Part shown: piece after piece, positions 1-10,942 of the stretch
How positions within the stretch are numbered: position 1 is the stretch's first letter
Layout of the letters: each line of letters begins with the position of its first letter
Assembly: GCF_000011805.1 (NCBI RefSeq)
Contig: NC_006840.2
DNA: 32,000 bases
Source: Aliivibrio fischeri ES114
Lineage (GTDB): Bacteria > Pseudomonadota > Gammaproteobacteria > Enterobacterales > Vibrionaceae
Reading direction: 5' to 3' (one strand)
The notes under the pieces: model-generated
The model's input: the letters and a program-made list of their open reading frames with translations, nothing else
What the model was told of the DNA's origin: nothing
Database searches by the model: none
Position numbers and translations under genes: made by a program

Positions 1-1396
<1,396 letters not shown>

Positions 1397-1398
1397 TA

Positions 1399-2184
1399 TT
1401 ATTCCTTGTTGGATTTATTGTAATCACGTAACCATAAATCTGCATAGCGATTAAACGTCACACTGGCACTTAACATTGCTAATAGCAAGCCATGTCGGCC
1501 ATCTAAAAAACCACGTTTTAGAATGTACATGCGAATAAAGCAAAAGAAACCATGGAAAAAAGCACCACTTAATGAGCCTTTCTTTTTTCCTTCTCGCTGA
1601 TCAACCCATGACTTAATGTACATAACATTTTTCGCATTGTATTGATGTAAAACGTCGTACGTAAAATGCAGTAAACGACCGGATAATGGGGCCACTTGAA
1701 CGCCATCAGGGACTGACACACTTTCATGAACCAAAGCATCATTATAAGCCATGTCATTCACTTTATATAAACGCACCACCCAATCTGGCGACCAACCAGA
1801 GTGCTTAATGAACTTCCCAAAGGCAGAGCTAAGACGATTTATCTTATACGCCACATTCGGTTTATTGGCTTTTACCGCCGTCAAAATATCTTCTTTTAAC
1901 TCAGGCGTAACTCGCTCATCGGCATCCAACCACAGCACGTAATCGGCTGTCACATATTGCTGTGCTAACTGACGCTGCTTACCAAATCCCGGCCATTCGG
2001 TGTTTACAAAAAAACGATCGGTAAATTGACGAGCAATGCTTTCTGTTTCATCCGTGCTGCCAGAATCGAGAATCACGATTTCATCCACCCAGCCTTGTAC
2101 GGTTTCTAAACAGGCTTGTAAATGCTTCGCTTCATTTTTTACGATAAGTGCTACCGCTAACGTCGGCGTCGAAGAGTGAGTCAT
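1399..2184 (-). CDS. waaE: Glycosyltransferase family 2, WaaE/KdtX-like LPS core glucosyltransferase
   Basis: 261 aa; VALIVKNEAKHLQACLETVQGWVDEIVILDSGSTDET, DYVLWLDADERV; adjacent to coaD as expected for KdtX/WaaE. Confidence 0.85.
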   Translation of the reverse strand: MTHSSTPTLAVALIVKNEAKHLQACLETVQGWVDEIVILDSGSTDETESIARQFTDRFFVNTEWPGFGKQRQLAQQYVTADYVLWLDADERVTPELKEDILTAVKANKPNVAYKINRLSSAFGKFIKHSGWSPDWVVRLYKVNDMAYNDALVHESVSVPDGVQVAPLSGRLLHFTYDVLHQYNAKNVMYIKSWVDQREGKKKGSLSGAFFHGFFCFIRMYILKRGFLDGRHGLLLAMLSASVTFNRYADLWLRDYNKSNKE

Positions 2185-2193
2185 GACGTATCC

Positions 2194-3288
2194 TTATTGA
2201 TGGCGTAAACGTAAAAAAGCCTCTTTTACCATATCAAGCGTAATGTCTTGCATAATATGGTCACCTTTAACACGCGTACTCCATTTTAAATCTTCAATGG
2301 GTTTATTTTGTTGTTGGGTTACATGGTGTTCATACACGCTCACTACATAAGGTAAGCTATTATATGGCCCGGTACGTTTTGGGTTGCTGTGACCATACAA
2401 GCCAATGACAGGCGTGTGTTGAGTTGTGGCAATATGAGCGGGGCCAGAATCCGGCGCAATCACCACGGTCGCTTTTTTCAAGACAGCCGTTAATTGCTTT
2501 AATGACGTTAGGCCAATAATATTAATAAGAGGAGATTGAGCTAAGGATTCAATCGCAGCACCAAGTTGCTTTTCACGTTCACTTGGCGAACCACATAACA
2601 CCACTTGATAACCTTGTTCATTTAACCAATCCGCCAATTGAGCGTAGCGCTCGGTTAGCCAGTTACGCTCGTCTTTGCTTGCTGCTGGAGAGATCACCAC
2701 ATACGGTTTTTCTGAGGATACATGTGTATCAATAAAGGCCAAATCCACTTCGGATAAAGGGATGTTCCACGAGGGCTCACGTTTAGGTACACCTAAATAC
2801 TCAATAAAAGCGTAAAAGCTATCCAGTACGTGTGCAGATGCAGTATCTTCAATTTTACGGTTGGTAAATAACCATTGGCCTTCTTTTGCTCGTTTTCGAT
2901 TAAAGCCTACCTTGTATTTTGCCTTAATCCCCACCGTTAGTAGGCTGGCTCGTAATGCGAGTTGCATGTGAACTAAGGCATCAAATTGTTGATCTTTCAA
3001 TTGATGCCAAATGGTTCTCATGCCTGCAAGGCCTAATTTCTTATCAAACGGGATCACCGTAATACCGGGTAAATCATGGATCAATTGCGCCTCTACTTTC
3101 CCTACTATCCACGTAATTTTCGTGCTTGGCCATGTTGTTTGAATCGTCTGAACCGCTGCAATAGCATGACAAACGTCCCCAATGGCAGAGAGTCTCAAAA
3201 TACATAAAGAGTGAGGGGCTGAGGTGAATAAAGGCATAGAGATGTTAACCCTGTAAGAATGAGGTAGAATTATGCTATTAACCGTCAT
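2194..3288 (-). CDS. Glycosyltransferase family 9, LPS heptosyltransferase-like
   Basis: 364 aa; LCILRLSAIGDVCHAIAAVQTIQ and VVIAPDSGPAHIATTQHTPVIGLYGHSNPKRTGP, typical of GT9. Confidence 0.88.
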   Translation of the reverse strand: MTVNSIILPHSYRVNISMPLFTSAPHSLCILRLSAIGDVCHAIAAVQTIQTTWPSTKITWIVGKVEAQLIHDLPGITVIPFDKKLGLAGMRTIWHQLKDQQFDALVHMQLALRASLLTVGIKAKYKVGFNRKRAKEGQWLFTNRKIEDTASAHVLDSFYAFIEYLGVPKREPSWNIPLSEVDLAFIDTHVSSEKPYVVISPAASKDERNWLTERYAQLADWLNEQGYQVVLCGSPSEREKQLGAAIESLAQSPLINIIGLTSLKQLTAVLKKATVVIAPDSGPAHIATTQHTPVIGLYGHSNPKRTGPYNSLPYVVSVYEHHVTQQQNKPIEDLKWSTRVKGDHIMQDITLDMVKEAFLRLRHQ

Positions 3289-3310
3289 AAATGTAAAATG
3301 ACAAAAACGC

Positions 3311-3420
3311 AGGGTTCAGAGCGGTCGTAAGCTCCCTTAAAGGATTCAGGGGGAGTAGCTGTTATTTTCGTAATCACCGCGAATACCTCTGAACCCTGCA
3401 AGCGAAGCGACCTGAAACCT
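3311..3420. repeat. Short imperfect inverted-repeat element (about 110 bp), member of a dispersed family in this window
   Basis: AGGGTTCAGAGCGGTCGTAAGCTCCCTT...AGGATTCAGGGGG at the left; CCTCTGAACCCTGCAAGCGAAGCGACCTGAAACCT at the right. Ends match those of the 21911-22079, 22232-22398 and 23908-24378 elements. Confidence 0.7.
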
Positions 3421-3431
3421 TGGTTTTATAT

Positions 3432-4136
3432 ATGAAAATAATTAGAAACAAAAAACAAACCATTTGGTATGACGATTCAATTCTTAATGATTCACCAGAG
3501 CAATGCTGCAATCCAAACTACTGGCAACAGCAAAATAGGATTATCGGCTCAGCCCAAGGGCGAGGAACAACGTGGTTTATCGCATTAGAAAAGATGGACG
3601 CCGCCTTGCGTCATTATCGTCGTGGTGGTTTATTTGGCAAACTCATTAAGGATCACTACCTTTTCACCAGTTGGGAAGCCACACGCAGCCATCAAGAGTT
3701 TCAGCTGCTAAAAGTACTGAGATCCGCAAGTGTTAATGTGCCGAAACCCATCGCCGCCCGAGCCACTAAGCGAACGTTTTGCTATCAAGCGGACTTATTG
3801 AGTGAAAAAATCCCTAATGCCCGAGATCTTGTCGCTATCTTGCAAGAAAAGCCATTATCAGAAGAGATGTATCAAAAAATCGGTAACGAAATACGTAAAA
3901 TGCATGCAGTACAAGTGAACCACACCGATTTAAATATTCACAACATATTGATTGATGATAACGACAAAGTGTGGATCATTGATTTTGATAAATGCTATCA
4001 GCAAAAAGGCGACGATTGGAAGCAAAGTAACTGGGATAGATTACAGCGCTCATTTAAAAAAGAAGTAAACAAAAGACAAATACATTGGTCAGAGAATGAA
4101 TGGTCGCATTTACTCTCCGATCATCACACCATGTAA
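3432..4136 (+). CDS. kdkA: 3-deoxy-D-manno-octulosonic acid (Kdo) kinase family
   Basis: ORF track starts at TTG 3420; ATG at 3432 (MKIIRNKKQTIWYDD) is more likely. RGTTWFI, LRHYRRGGLFGKLIKDHYLFT and the kinase-like segment HTDLNIHNILID...VWIIDFDK. Confidence 0.88.
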   Translation: MKIIRNKKQTIWYDDSILNDSPEQCCNPNYWQQQNRIIGSAQGRGTTWFIALEKMDAALRHYRRGGLFGKLIKDHYLFTSWEATRSHQEFQLLKVLRSASVNVPKPIAARATKRTFCYQADLLSEKIPNARDLVAILQEKPLSEEMYQKIGNEIRKMHAVQVNHTDLNIHNILIDDNDKVWIIDFDKCYQQKGDDWKQSNWDRLQRSFKKEVNKRQIHWSENEWSHLLSDHHTM

Positions 4137-4172
4137 TTTTACATTCACTTATTTACCGTTGGATTCATTATT

Positions 4173-6020
4173 TTGAATACGTTAACACTAAAACAGAAAT
4201 TGCATAGCCATGGTTGGCTTATTTTAATCAACAGTTTGATAGCAATGGCAATCGCAAGTCGTTACTTTGCGTTTTTACCGGAGATCCCAACGGATGTACT
4301 GGGCTTGAGCTTCCTTATCTCAGGCACATTCAGTCAAATGGTGTTGTTATCAGGATTAATTGGCCTTGTCGCTTTACCAGCTATTTTCATCTCTAACGCC
4401 AAGATGCGTAATGCGACTCAGGCGATTATTGCTTCATTGGGTATCGCGACGTTGTTCATTGATACAATGGTATTTGCCCAATACCGATTCCATATTAATG
4501 CCGTCGTCCTTGAGTTAGTGTTCTCTGGCCAAGTCGTGAGCTTCCCATTAATCACGTGGTTCACCGTGATTGGTGGTGTACTAGCCTTAGTGATGGGACA
4601 ATATCTATTGATTGCTTGGTTAGAAAAACCAGCCGTAATGACACAGCATAAGCTAGGCCGTAAATTTGCGTTGTTCACCTTCTTTGCCTTACTGGCCACA
4701 CACGGCATTCATATTTGGGCTGCAGCGAACGCTTATCAACCAGTCACTATGGTAAAACGTTATTTACCTGTTTTTTATCCTGCAACTTCTACAAGTATGA
4801 TGAAAAAGTATGGTTGGATAAATGAAGAAGCGATTGCTCAACAAAAAGCAATGAAACTGAATCGTAAGAGTGACCTTAACTATCCTCTTCAACCCCTCCA
4901 AAAAGAAGTAGTTGAAAAGCCAATCAATATTATGATTTTGGCGATTGATTCGTGGCGAGCTGATACATTTAATGCTGAGAACACCCCAAATCTATGGAAA
5001 TACGCACAAGAAGGTATGATTTTTAATAATCATATAGCAACGGGTAATGCGACTCGTACCGGTATTTTTGGTCTGTTTTACGGCATTCCTGGTACATATT
5101 GGCATGGTTTTCTAGCTAATCAAAAAACACCATTATTGATAGACCGTTTGCAAGAGTTAAATTATGACATGGGGATTTTTACTGCCGCTCAGTTAGAAAA
5201 ACCAGAGTTTAACCAAACGGTATTTAAAAATATTCCTAACTTACGGATTAAATCGGAAGGTAACTCACCTTCAGAGCTTGATAAAGATTTAACTAAAGAT
5301 TGGTTAGAGTGGTACAGCCATCGCGATACCTCAAAACCTGCATTTTCGTTTTTATTTTATGATGCACCACATGGGTATGACTTCCCAAAAGACTACGCTC
5401 ACCGTTATGAGCCAATGCTTGATAATATCAATTACCTAGAACTGAATAACGACAGTGATCCAACCTTGTTCTTCAATCGCTACAAAACCAGTGTTCATTT
5501 TGTTGATAGTGTAGCAAAACAGGTACTCGATAAGCTGAAAGAAACTGGTGATTTAGAAAATACTTTAGTGATCATTACCGGAGATCATGGGCAAGAGATG
5601 AATGATAATCGCCTTAATTTTTGGGGGCACAATGGTAACTTTACTAACGCTCAGGTTAATGTGCCATTCGCTATTTTTGGACCTAAAATTAATAGAAAAA
5701 CAGTTGAGTGGGGAACGAATGAATTAACCAGTCACCAAGATGTCGTTCCTACTTTAATGAAAAACTATTTAGGTGTTATAAGTGATATTAAAGACTATTC
5801 GGTAGGAGAGGATTTATTAGGTAAGCCTGTGGCTCGAGATTGGATCATGTCATCGAACTATAGTGGTTATGCTATTATTGATAATGACTCGATCTTAGAA
5901 GTGCATGCAACAGGTCAATATGAGCTATTAGATAAAACAAATCGCCCACTAAAAGACGGTAAGTTAAATTACCAACATCTTCAAGAAGCCTTAGAGCAGA
6001 TAAGTAGGTTTAATAAGTAA
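4173..6020 (+). CDS. DUF3413 / YejM (PbgA)-like inner-membrane protein with C-terminal sulfatase-fold domain
   Basis: 615 aa; several N-terminal hydrophobic helices, then NIMILAIDSWRADTFNAENTPNL, ATRTGIFGLFYG, VIITGDHGQEMNDN. Start as annotated is TTG. Confidence 0.85.
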   Translation: MNTLTLKQKLHSHGWLILINSLIAMAIASRYFAFLPEIPTDVLGLSFLISGTFSQMVLLSGLIGLVALPAIFISNAKMRNATQAIIASLGIATLFIDTMVFAQYRFHINAVVLELVFSGQVVSFPLITWFTVIGGVLALVMGQYLLIAWLEKPAVMTQHKLGRKFALFTFFALLATHGIHIWAAANAYQPVTMVKRYLPVFYPATSTSMMKKYGWINEEAIAQQKAMKLNRKSDLNYPLQPLQKEVVEKPINIMILAIDSWRADTFNAENTPNLWKYAQEGMIFNNHIATGNATRTGIFGLFYGIPGTYWHGFLANQKTPLLIDRLQELNYDMGIFTAAQLEKPEFNQTVFKNIPNLRIKSEGNSPSELDKDLTKDWLEWYSHRDTSKPAFSFLFYDAPHGYDFPKDYAHRYEPMLDNINYLELNNDSDPTLFFNRYKTSVHFVDSVAKQVLDKLKETGDLENTLVIITGDHGQEMNDNRLNFWGHNGNFTNAQVNVPFAIFGPKINRKTVEWGTNELTSHQDVVPTLMKNYLGVISDIKDYSVGEDLLGKPVARDWIMSSNYSGYAIIDNDSILEVHATGQYELLDKTNRPLKDGKLNYQHLQEALEQISRFNK

Positions 6021-6028
6021 AACTGAAG

Positions 6029-6070
6029 TACCCCTTTTTGTTATAATAATAGGAATAAGGGGTATCATTT
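6029..6070. terminator. Probable intrinsic terminator between convergent genes
   Basis: TACCCCTT (6029-6036) ... AAGGGGTA (6057-6064) followed by TCATTTTTT; located between the sulfatase-like gene (+) and waaA (-). The loop is long (about 20 nt). Confidence 0.5.
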
Positions 6071-6187
6071 TTTATAAAATGATTTACAGGTAAATTATGG
6101 TATTGATCATAATAAGATATGTAATTATTGAGTAGATATATTGTATATTCATTAGCTCTATCTTACAGTCGAATTATTATCGATTAA

Positions 6188-7444
6188 TTAAACTATATTT
6201 AAGGTTTTAATGACAGCACCAGAGTTTTTTGAAATAAAGCTTTGTGCATTTTTACCCATTTTCTCGGCATATTCTGGCTGAGTCATTAATTGCTCTAATA
6301 GGTTTGCCAGCTCTTCAGCAGAAATGATGACTTTCGTTGCGTCTTCTTTGATTAGCGTTTCAGCTATCTCTAAGAAATTATAATAACTTGGGCCAGTAAT
6401 GGACGGTTTAGCTAGTGCAGCAGGCTCAAGTAAATTATGACCACCCACTTTATTACCAAGTAAACTTCCGCCCATAAAGCAGATATCAGAAGCACCAATG
6501 AGCGTAAGCATTTCTCCCATCGTATCACCAAGATATATTTGACAATTTGGTGTTAATGTCTGGTTTGAAGTGCGTTTAACAGTTTTAAAATCAGCGCTTT
6601 GGCAAAGCTCAAATACTGAATTAAAGCGCTCGGGGTGACGCGGAACTAAAATTAATAACGCATTAGGTATCTTATGCAACAAAGAACGATGGGCAGCTAG
6701 AACTTGCTCATCTTCACCTTTATGTGTACTGGTCGCAATCCAAATAGGACGATCTTCTCCAAGTTGCTTACGAAGAATACCCCCTGAGGCTTGTATTTGC
6801 TCTGTAATTTCGATGTCAAACTTTACAGACCCTGTCACATGTACTTTCTCAGGTTGAATACCAAGAGCAACGAAACGATCTGCATCATCTTTATATTGGC
6901 AACAAACATGAGTTAGGTGTTTACCAAGTAGATTAAATATAGGCTGTACTTTTTTGTAGCCTAAAAAGGATTTTTCAGAAAGACGAGCATTTAATACTGA
7001 AATAGGAATGCCAAATTTGGCAACGGTATGCAGTGTATTTGGCCACAGTTCTGTTTCCATAATTAGCATCTTTTCAGGTTTAGTCGCTTTTAAAAAACCA
7101 CGAACCGCAAAGCAAAAATCAATCGGCATGTATCTGTGTTCAACCAAATCACCTAACTTTTCAATTTGCTCAGCGCCAGTACTTGTCGTCGTAGTGACAA
7201 GAATGGGTTGTTCAGGGGTTTGCTTCTTTAATGTTTTAATAATAGGAGCAGCAGCAATGGCTTCACCAACCGATACTGCATGAATCCATACTGGAGCCTG
7301 CGTTGTATTGAGTGATGGGGTGCAACCAAAGTGCTCTTTCCATCGTCGTCCAAAAGCAGGCTTTCCATCTTTTTTCTTATAAAGAGAATAGAGAAGCAAA
7401 GGGGATAATAAAGCTAAAAATAAAGAATAAATTAAACGAATCAT
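6188..7444 (-). CDS. waaA: 3-deoxy-D-manno-octulosonic acid transferase (Kdo transferase)
   Basis: 418 aa; WIHAVSVGEAIAAAPIIKTL, LMIMETELWPN, GSVKFD, FMGGSLLGNKVGGHNLLEPAALAKP: canonical WaaA/KdtA motifs. Confidence 0.96.
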   Translation of the reverse strand: MIRLIYSLFLALLSPLLLYSLYKKKDGKPAFGRRWKEHFGCTPSLNTTQAPVWIHAVSVGEAIAAAPIIKTLKKQTPEQPILVTTTTSTGAEQIEKLGDLVEHRYMPIDFCFAVRGFLKATKPEKMLIMETELWPNTLHTVAKFGIPISVLNARLSEKSFLGYKKVQPIFNLLGKHLTHVCCQYKDDADRFVALGIQPEKVHVTGSVKFDIEITEQIQASGGILRKQLGEDRPIWIATSTHKGEDEQVLAAHRSLLHKIPNALLILVPRHPERFNSVFELCQSADFKTVKRTSNQTLTPNCQIYLGDTMGEMLTLIGASDICFMGGSLLGNKVGGHNLLEPAALAKPSITGPSYYNFLEIAETLIKEDATKVIISAEELANLLEQLMTQPEYAEKMGKNAQSFISKNSGAVIKTLNIV

Positions 7445-8466
7445 AATAATTTATTTAGTACTAAAATCGGTTTTAACTCTTTCAAGCACTTTAAATGACC
7501 AAGAGGGCAATCACGCTTAAAGCAAGGGCGACACTCAATATCAGTGCTTACAATATCGACTTTTTCCGCTAATGGTGGCGTGTATTTTGGTGATGTTGAA
7601 CCATAAACACCAACCACATGACAACCAACCGCAGCAGCAACGTGCATTAAACCAGAATCGTTACTTACAACGGTTTTACAAGCGGCAAGTAGATCAACAG
7701 CTTCAATTAAGCTTGTATCTCCAGCTAGGTTAAATACCGCTGCTTGGTTATCGGCATCCACTAAAGCTTTAATACTTTCAGTTGTTTCTTTATCTTTGGC
7801 AGAGCCAAATAACCATACTTGATGGCCACGGTTGATCATTTCGTTAGCAACGGCTGCATAATGCTCAACAGGCCACTGTTTTGCAGGACCAAATTCAGCG
7901 CCCGGGCACAAACCAAGAATAGGTTTATCAAGAGATAAAGAAAACTTCTCTAGAGTATTTTTTTGAACTTTCGCATCAATTGATAGAGCTGGGCGAGGTA
8001 AATTCTCTAACCCACCTAGTGAGCTTGAATCAATCATTTCAGATTTAGGATGAGCTAATGCCACATAGCGCTCAACCATGTATTGGAATGCTTTTTTATT
8101 TGGACGTAAATCGTTTAATAGCCCATAACGCATTTCACCTTTCCAACCCGTACGAACCGGGACCCCTGCAAACCAAGGAATAAGTGCTGATTTTGCAGAG
8201 TTCGGGCAAATGTAAGCGTGTGTATAGTTATTATTTTTTAACTCTTTACCAAGAGCACGACGACCTAACAGATTAAAATCACCATGACCAAGAGGCATTT
8301 CAATTGCTTGATTCACTTCAGGCATACGATCTAGAATAGGTTTACACCACGCTGGTGCCATTACATCAATAATGGCTTTAGGATGTTGTTGTTTTAGTGT
8401 GATATAGAGTGATTGGGACATCACCATATCACCCACCCATGATGGGCCAATGATTAGTATTTTCAT
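7441..8466 (-). CDS. waaF: ADP-heptose:LPS heptosyltransferase II
   Basis: MKILIIGPSWVGDMVMSQSLY..., NSAKSALIPWFAGVPVRTGWKGEMRYGLLND, CPGAEFGPAKQWP, YGSTSPKYTPP. The ORF track extends to 8487; Met at 8466 is the likely start. Confidence 0.95.
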   Translation of the reverse strand: MKILIIGPSWVGDMVMSQSLYITLKQQHPKAIIDVMAPAWCKPILDRMPEVNQAIEMPLGHGDFNLLGRRALGKELKNNNYTHAYICPNSAKSALIPWFAGVPVRTGWKGEMRYGLLNDLRPNKKAFQYMVERYVALAHPKSEMIDSSSLGGLENLPRPALSIDAKVQKNTLEKFSLSLDKPILGLCPGAEFGPAKQWPVEHYAAVANEMINRGHQVWLFGSAKDKETTESIKALVDADNQAAVFNLAGDTSLIEAVDLLAACKTVVSNDSGLMHVAAAVGCHVVGVYGSTSPKYTPPLAEKVDIVSTDIECRPCFKRDCPLGHLKCLKELKPILVLNKLL

Positions 8467-8548
8467 TATGCGTATCCAGAAAATCAATGGTTGGTTATGG
8501 TAAAGTAGTAGTATACTTTAATTAAAATTAAAACGCTTAGGAAGTTAT

Positions 8549-9739
8549 ATGAACTCAATTCTGTCATTAATTGGCCGAGACACAGAACTTTTCCATCAAG
8601 ATATTAATGCCAACGAAAAAGAGCTACAAAGTGTAGTTTCTCAATCTCGCTTCCTTGTTCTTGGTGGTGCTGGCTCGATTGGTCAGGCTGTTACTAAAGA
8701 AATATTCAAGCGTAACCCTCAAAAATTACACGTTGTTGATATTAGTGAAAACAACATGGTTGAACTGGTTCGCGATATTCGTAGCTCATTTGGTTACATC
8801 AATGGTGATTTTCAAACATTTGCGTTAGATATTGGTTCTATTGAATATGACGCATTTATCAAGGCAGATGGACAATATGATTATGTGTTAAACCTATCAG
8901 CTCTTAAACATGTACGTAGTGAAAAAGACCCGTTTACTCTGATGCGTATGATCGATGTAAACGTGTTTAATACAGATAAAACTATTCAGCAATCTATTGA
9001 TGCCGGCGCTAAAAAATACTTCTGCGTATCTACTGATAAAGCGGCAAATCCGGTAAATATGATGGGGGCTTCAAAGCGTATTATGGAAATGTTCTTAATG
9101 CGTAAGAGTGAAGAAATTGCCATTTCTACTGCTCGTTTTGCTAATGTGGCTTTCTCTGATGGCTCTCTTCTCCATGGTTTTAATCAACGAATTCAAAAGA
9201 ACCAACCGATTGTGGCTCCAAATGACATCAAGCGTTATTTTGTTACTCCACAAGAGTCAGGTGAGTTGTGTTTGATGTCGTGTATTTTTGGTGAAAACCG
9301 AGACATATTCTTCCCTAAGTTGAGTGAAGCATTACATCTTATTTCATTTGCAGATATTGCGGTAAAATACTTAAAGCAACTTGGTTATGAACCACATCTA
9401 TGTGAAAGCGAAGATGAAGCCCGTGAACTTGCTAAAACATTACCAGCTCAAGGTAAATGGCCATGTTTATTCACATCTAGTGACACAACGGGTGAAAAAG
9501 ATTTTGAAGAGTTTTTCACTGATAAAGAAACACTAGATATGGCGCGCTTTGATAATTTAGGCATCATTAAAAATGATTCACTTTATCAACAAGAGTTACT
9601 TGAACTGTTTGAACAAAAGATAGGTCAAATGAAGACAGATCGTCAGTGGACTAAAGAAGAAATAGTACAATTATTCTTTATCATGATCCCTGATTTTGGA
9701 CATAAAGAAACAGGTAAGTACCTCGATAGTAAAATGTAA
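8549..9739 (+). CDS. legB: UDP-N-acetylglucosamine 4,6-dehydratase-like, LegB/PglF/CapD-type SDR (NulO pathway)
   Basis: 396 aa; FLVLGGAGSIGQAVTKEIF, VLNLSALKHVRSEKDP, YFCVSTDKAANPVNMMGASKRIME. First gene of the NulO cassette. Confidence 0.83.
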   Translation: MNSILSLIGRDTELFHQDINANEKELQSVVSQSRFLVLGGAGSIGQAVTKEIFKRNPQKLHVVDISENNMVELVRDIRSSFGYINGDFQTFALDIGSIEYDAFIKADGQYDYVLNLSALKHVRSEKDPFTLMRMIDVNVFNTDKTIQQSIDAGAKKYFCVSTDKAANPVNMMGASKRIMEMFLMRKSEEIAISTARFANVAFSDGSLLHGFNQRIQKNQPIVAPNDIKRYFVTPQESGELCLMSCIFGENRDIFFPKLSEALHLISFADIAVKYLKQLGYEPHLCESEDEARELAKTLPAQGKWPCLFTSSDTTGEKDFEEFFTDKETLDMARFDNLGIIKNDSLYQQELLELFEQKIGQMKTDRQWTKEEIVQLFFIMIPDFGHKETGKYLDSKM

Positions 9740-9762
9740 TTAAGAAAGTAGAGAGCAGAGTA

Positions 9763-10908
9763 ATGAGCAAAACACCACTGGTTGAGTTTGTACGAAATAT
9801 TTATCAAACCAATGACTTTATTCCACTTCATGCCCCAACGTTTGATGGTAATGAGCAGAAGTATGTTCTAGAGACTATTCAAAGTACTTTCGTATCTAGC
9901 GTTGGTAAATTTGTTGATGAGTTTGAACAGAAAATAGAAACCTATACGGGCACAGCAAAAGCAGTTGCGACGGTAAACGGAACCGCAGCGCTTCATGCTG
10001 CCTTATATATGGCCGGTGTTCAGCATGGTGATTTTGTCATTACTCAAGCACTTACTTTTGTTGCAACGTGTAACGCATTGCATCATATGGGGGCGGAGCC
10101 AATTTTTGTGGATGTGTCTCCTGTGAGTTTAGGGCTTTGTCCTAAAGCGATGGATGAGTATTTAACTCAACATGCACAGGTAACGGACACAGGCTGTGTT
10201 CATAAACAGACTAAGCGACCGATTCGTGCTGCTGTGCCAATGCATACCTTCGGACATCCTGTTGAATTAGATGAATTGATTGCAGTCTGTCATAAATGGA
10301 ATATCACTTTAGTTGAAGATGCAGCTGAAAGTTTAGGGTCTTTCTATAAAGGGAAGCACACGGGAACGCTAGGTGACTTTGGTGCCGTGAGTTTTAATGG
10401 CAATAAGATTATTACCACTGGTGGCGGCGGTATGGTGTTATGCAAAAGCGCAGAGCTTGGTGCTCGAACAAAGCATGTTACAACAACTGCAAAAGTACCA
10501 CACCCTTATGAGTTCTATCATGATGAAGCGGGTTTTAACTACCGAATGCCGAACTTAAACGCAGCGTTAGGTTGTGCTCAAATGGAAATATTGGAGACAT
10601 ACCTAGCTCAGAAAAAAGCGCTGGCGAATCACTACCAAGAATTTTTTGCTGAAAGTGACTTCCAATTTGTTGTTGAGCCTGAATACGCGCAGTCTAACTA
10701 CTGGCTAAACGCTGTGATTTGCCCATCAGCACAAGCGCGTGATGATTTATTAAAACAAACCAATGAATCAGGTGTAATGACTCGTCCGATTTGGCAGTTG
10801 ATGCATCGTTTACCTATGTTTAAAGATGCCCCTCGAGGTGATTTAACTCAGTCAGAGCATATTGAAGCGCATTTAATTAATTTACCTAGCACGCCTATTG
10901 CTCTGTAA
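9763..10908 (+). CDS. legC: Aminotransferase, LegC-like, DegT/DnrJ/EryC1/StrS family
   Basis: 381 aa; NGTAALHAALYMAGVQ, LVEDAAESLGSFYKGKHTGTLGDFGAVSFNGNKIITTGGGGMV (PLP lysine region), PHPYEFYHDEAGFNYRMPNLNAALG. Confidence 0.87.
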   Translation: MSKTPLVEFVRNIYQTNDFIPLHAPTFDGNEQKYVLETIQSTFVSSVGKFVDEFEQKIETYTGTAKAVATVNGTAALHAALYMAGVQHGDFVITQALTFVATCNALHHMGAEPIFVDVSPVSLGLCPKAMDEYLTQHAQVTDTGCVHKQTKRPIRAAVPMHTFGHPVELDELIAVCHKWNITLVEDAAESLGSFYKGKHTGTLGDFGAVSFNGNKIITTGGGGMVLCKSAELGARTKHVTTTAKVPHPYEFYHDEAGFNYRMPNLNAALGCAQMEILETYLAQKKALANHYQEFFAESDFQFVVEPEYAQSNYWLNAVICPSAQARDDLLKQTNESGVMTRPIWQLMHRLPMFKDAPRGDLTQSEHIEAHLINLPSTPIAL

Positions 10909-10942
10909 CTGAAACAAGATAACAAGAGGTAATCGGTTTATT

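Noticed and set aside
1569-1942. ORFs 1569-1757 (-) and 1751-1942 (+).
   Set aside because: Out-of-frame or antisense within the waaE-like gene; no independent support.
4214-4708. ORFs 4214-4396 (+) and 4418-4708 (-).
   Set aside because: Shadow ORFs within the YejM-like CDS.
6029-6070. Considered as a riboswitch or regulatory leader.
   Set aside because: It lies between convergent gene ends and is followed by a T-rich run, so a terminator is the simpler reading.
7008-7283. ORF 7008-7283 (+) opposite waaA.
   Set aside because: Antisense shadow of a conserved gene.
9643-9831. ORF 9643-9831 (-) spanning the legB/legC junction.
   Set aside because: Antisense to two conserved coding regions, no motif, poor start context.
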